Below are positions 63,911 through 64,000 of a stretch of 64,000 nt of DNA, piece by piece. The first letter of the stretch is position 1; each line of letters starts with the position of its first letter. The translations under genes were made by a program, and so were the position numbers. The DNA lies in NCBI RefSeq assembly GCF_006345805.1, contig NC_043014.1, positions 1,860,001 to 1,924,000 on the forward strand, given 5' to 3'. The DNA comes from Octopus sinensis. Taxonomy: Eukaryota. Below the pieces are notes generated by a model. That model did not search any database. It was not told the DNA's origin and saw nothing but the letters and a program-made list of their open reading frames with translations.

Positions 63911-64000
63911 TGGTGTGGCGCAGACAAAATTAAACTTGGACGCTCCAGGGACCCTCACTGTTCTGAGACCAAGTCACGTTGTACCTTCTTCAGGCAGTTC

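Overview
Animal genomic DNA: AT-rich and dense in microsatellites, SINEs and LINE remnants, with one 100-N gap. The repeat landscape looks like an octopus/coleoid genome (inference from recalled repeat types, not checked). Almost all ORFs in the supplied track are microsatellite artefacts. Read by hand, the window holds: (1) a complete six-exon SDHC gene on the minus strand (39262-49627), with an NRF-1-like site and three tandem ETS/GABP sites upstream; (2) an intronless class A GPCR (58007-59080, minus); (3) three identical tRNA-Leu(AAG) genes; (4) four phase-compatible exons of an unidentified Cys-rich protein gene on the plus strand (16974-33274); (5) at least four SINE families, RTE and R4-like LINE fragments, a non-autonomous Helitron, hAT and TA-target MITEs, and decayed Tc1/mariner pieces. 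The most notable signal is a set of small retroelements carrying minimal type I hammerhead-ribozyme motifs in which helix III is reduced to a palindrome, an architecture known from Penelope-like elements and retrozymes. One family joins a tRNA-derived Pol III head, an (AAT)n run, a hammerhead and an AT-rich tail; two of its three copies are single insertions with an inverted tail copy at the 5' end and 12-bp target-site duplications. Two other unrelated families carry variant cores, and a further family survives only as decayed copies. Ribozyme activity and the mode of mobilisation are inferred, not shown.
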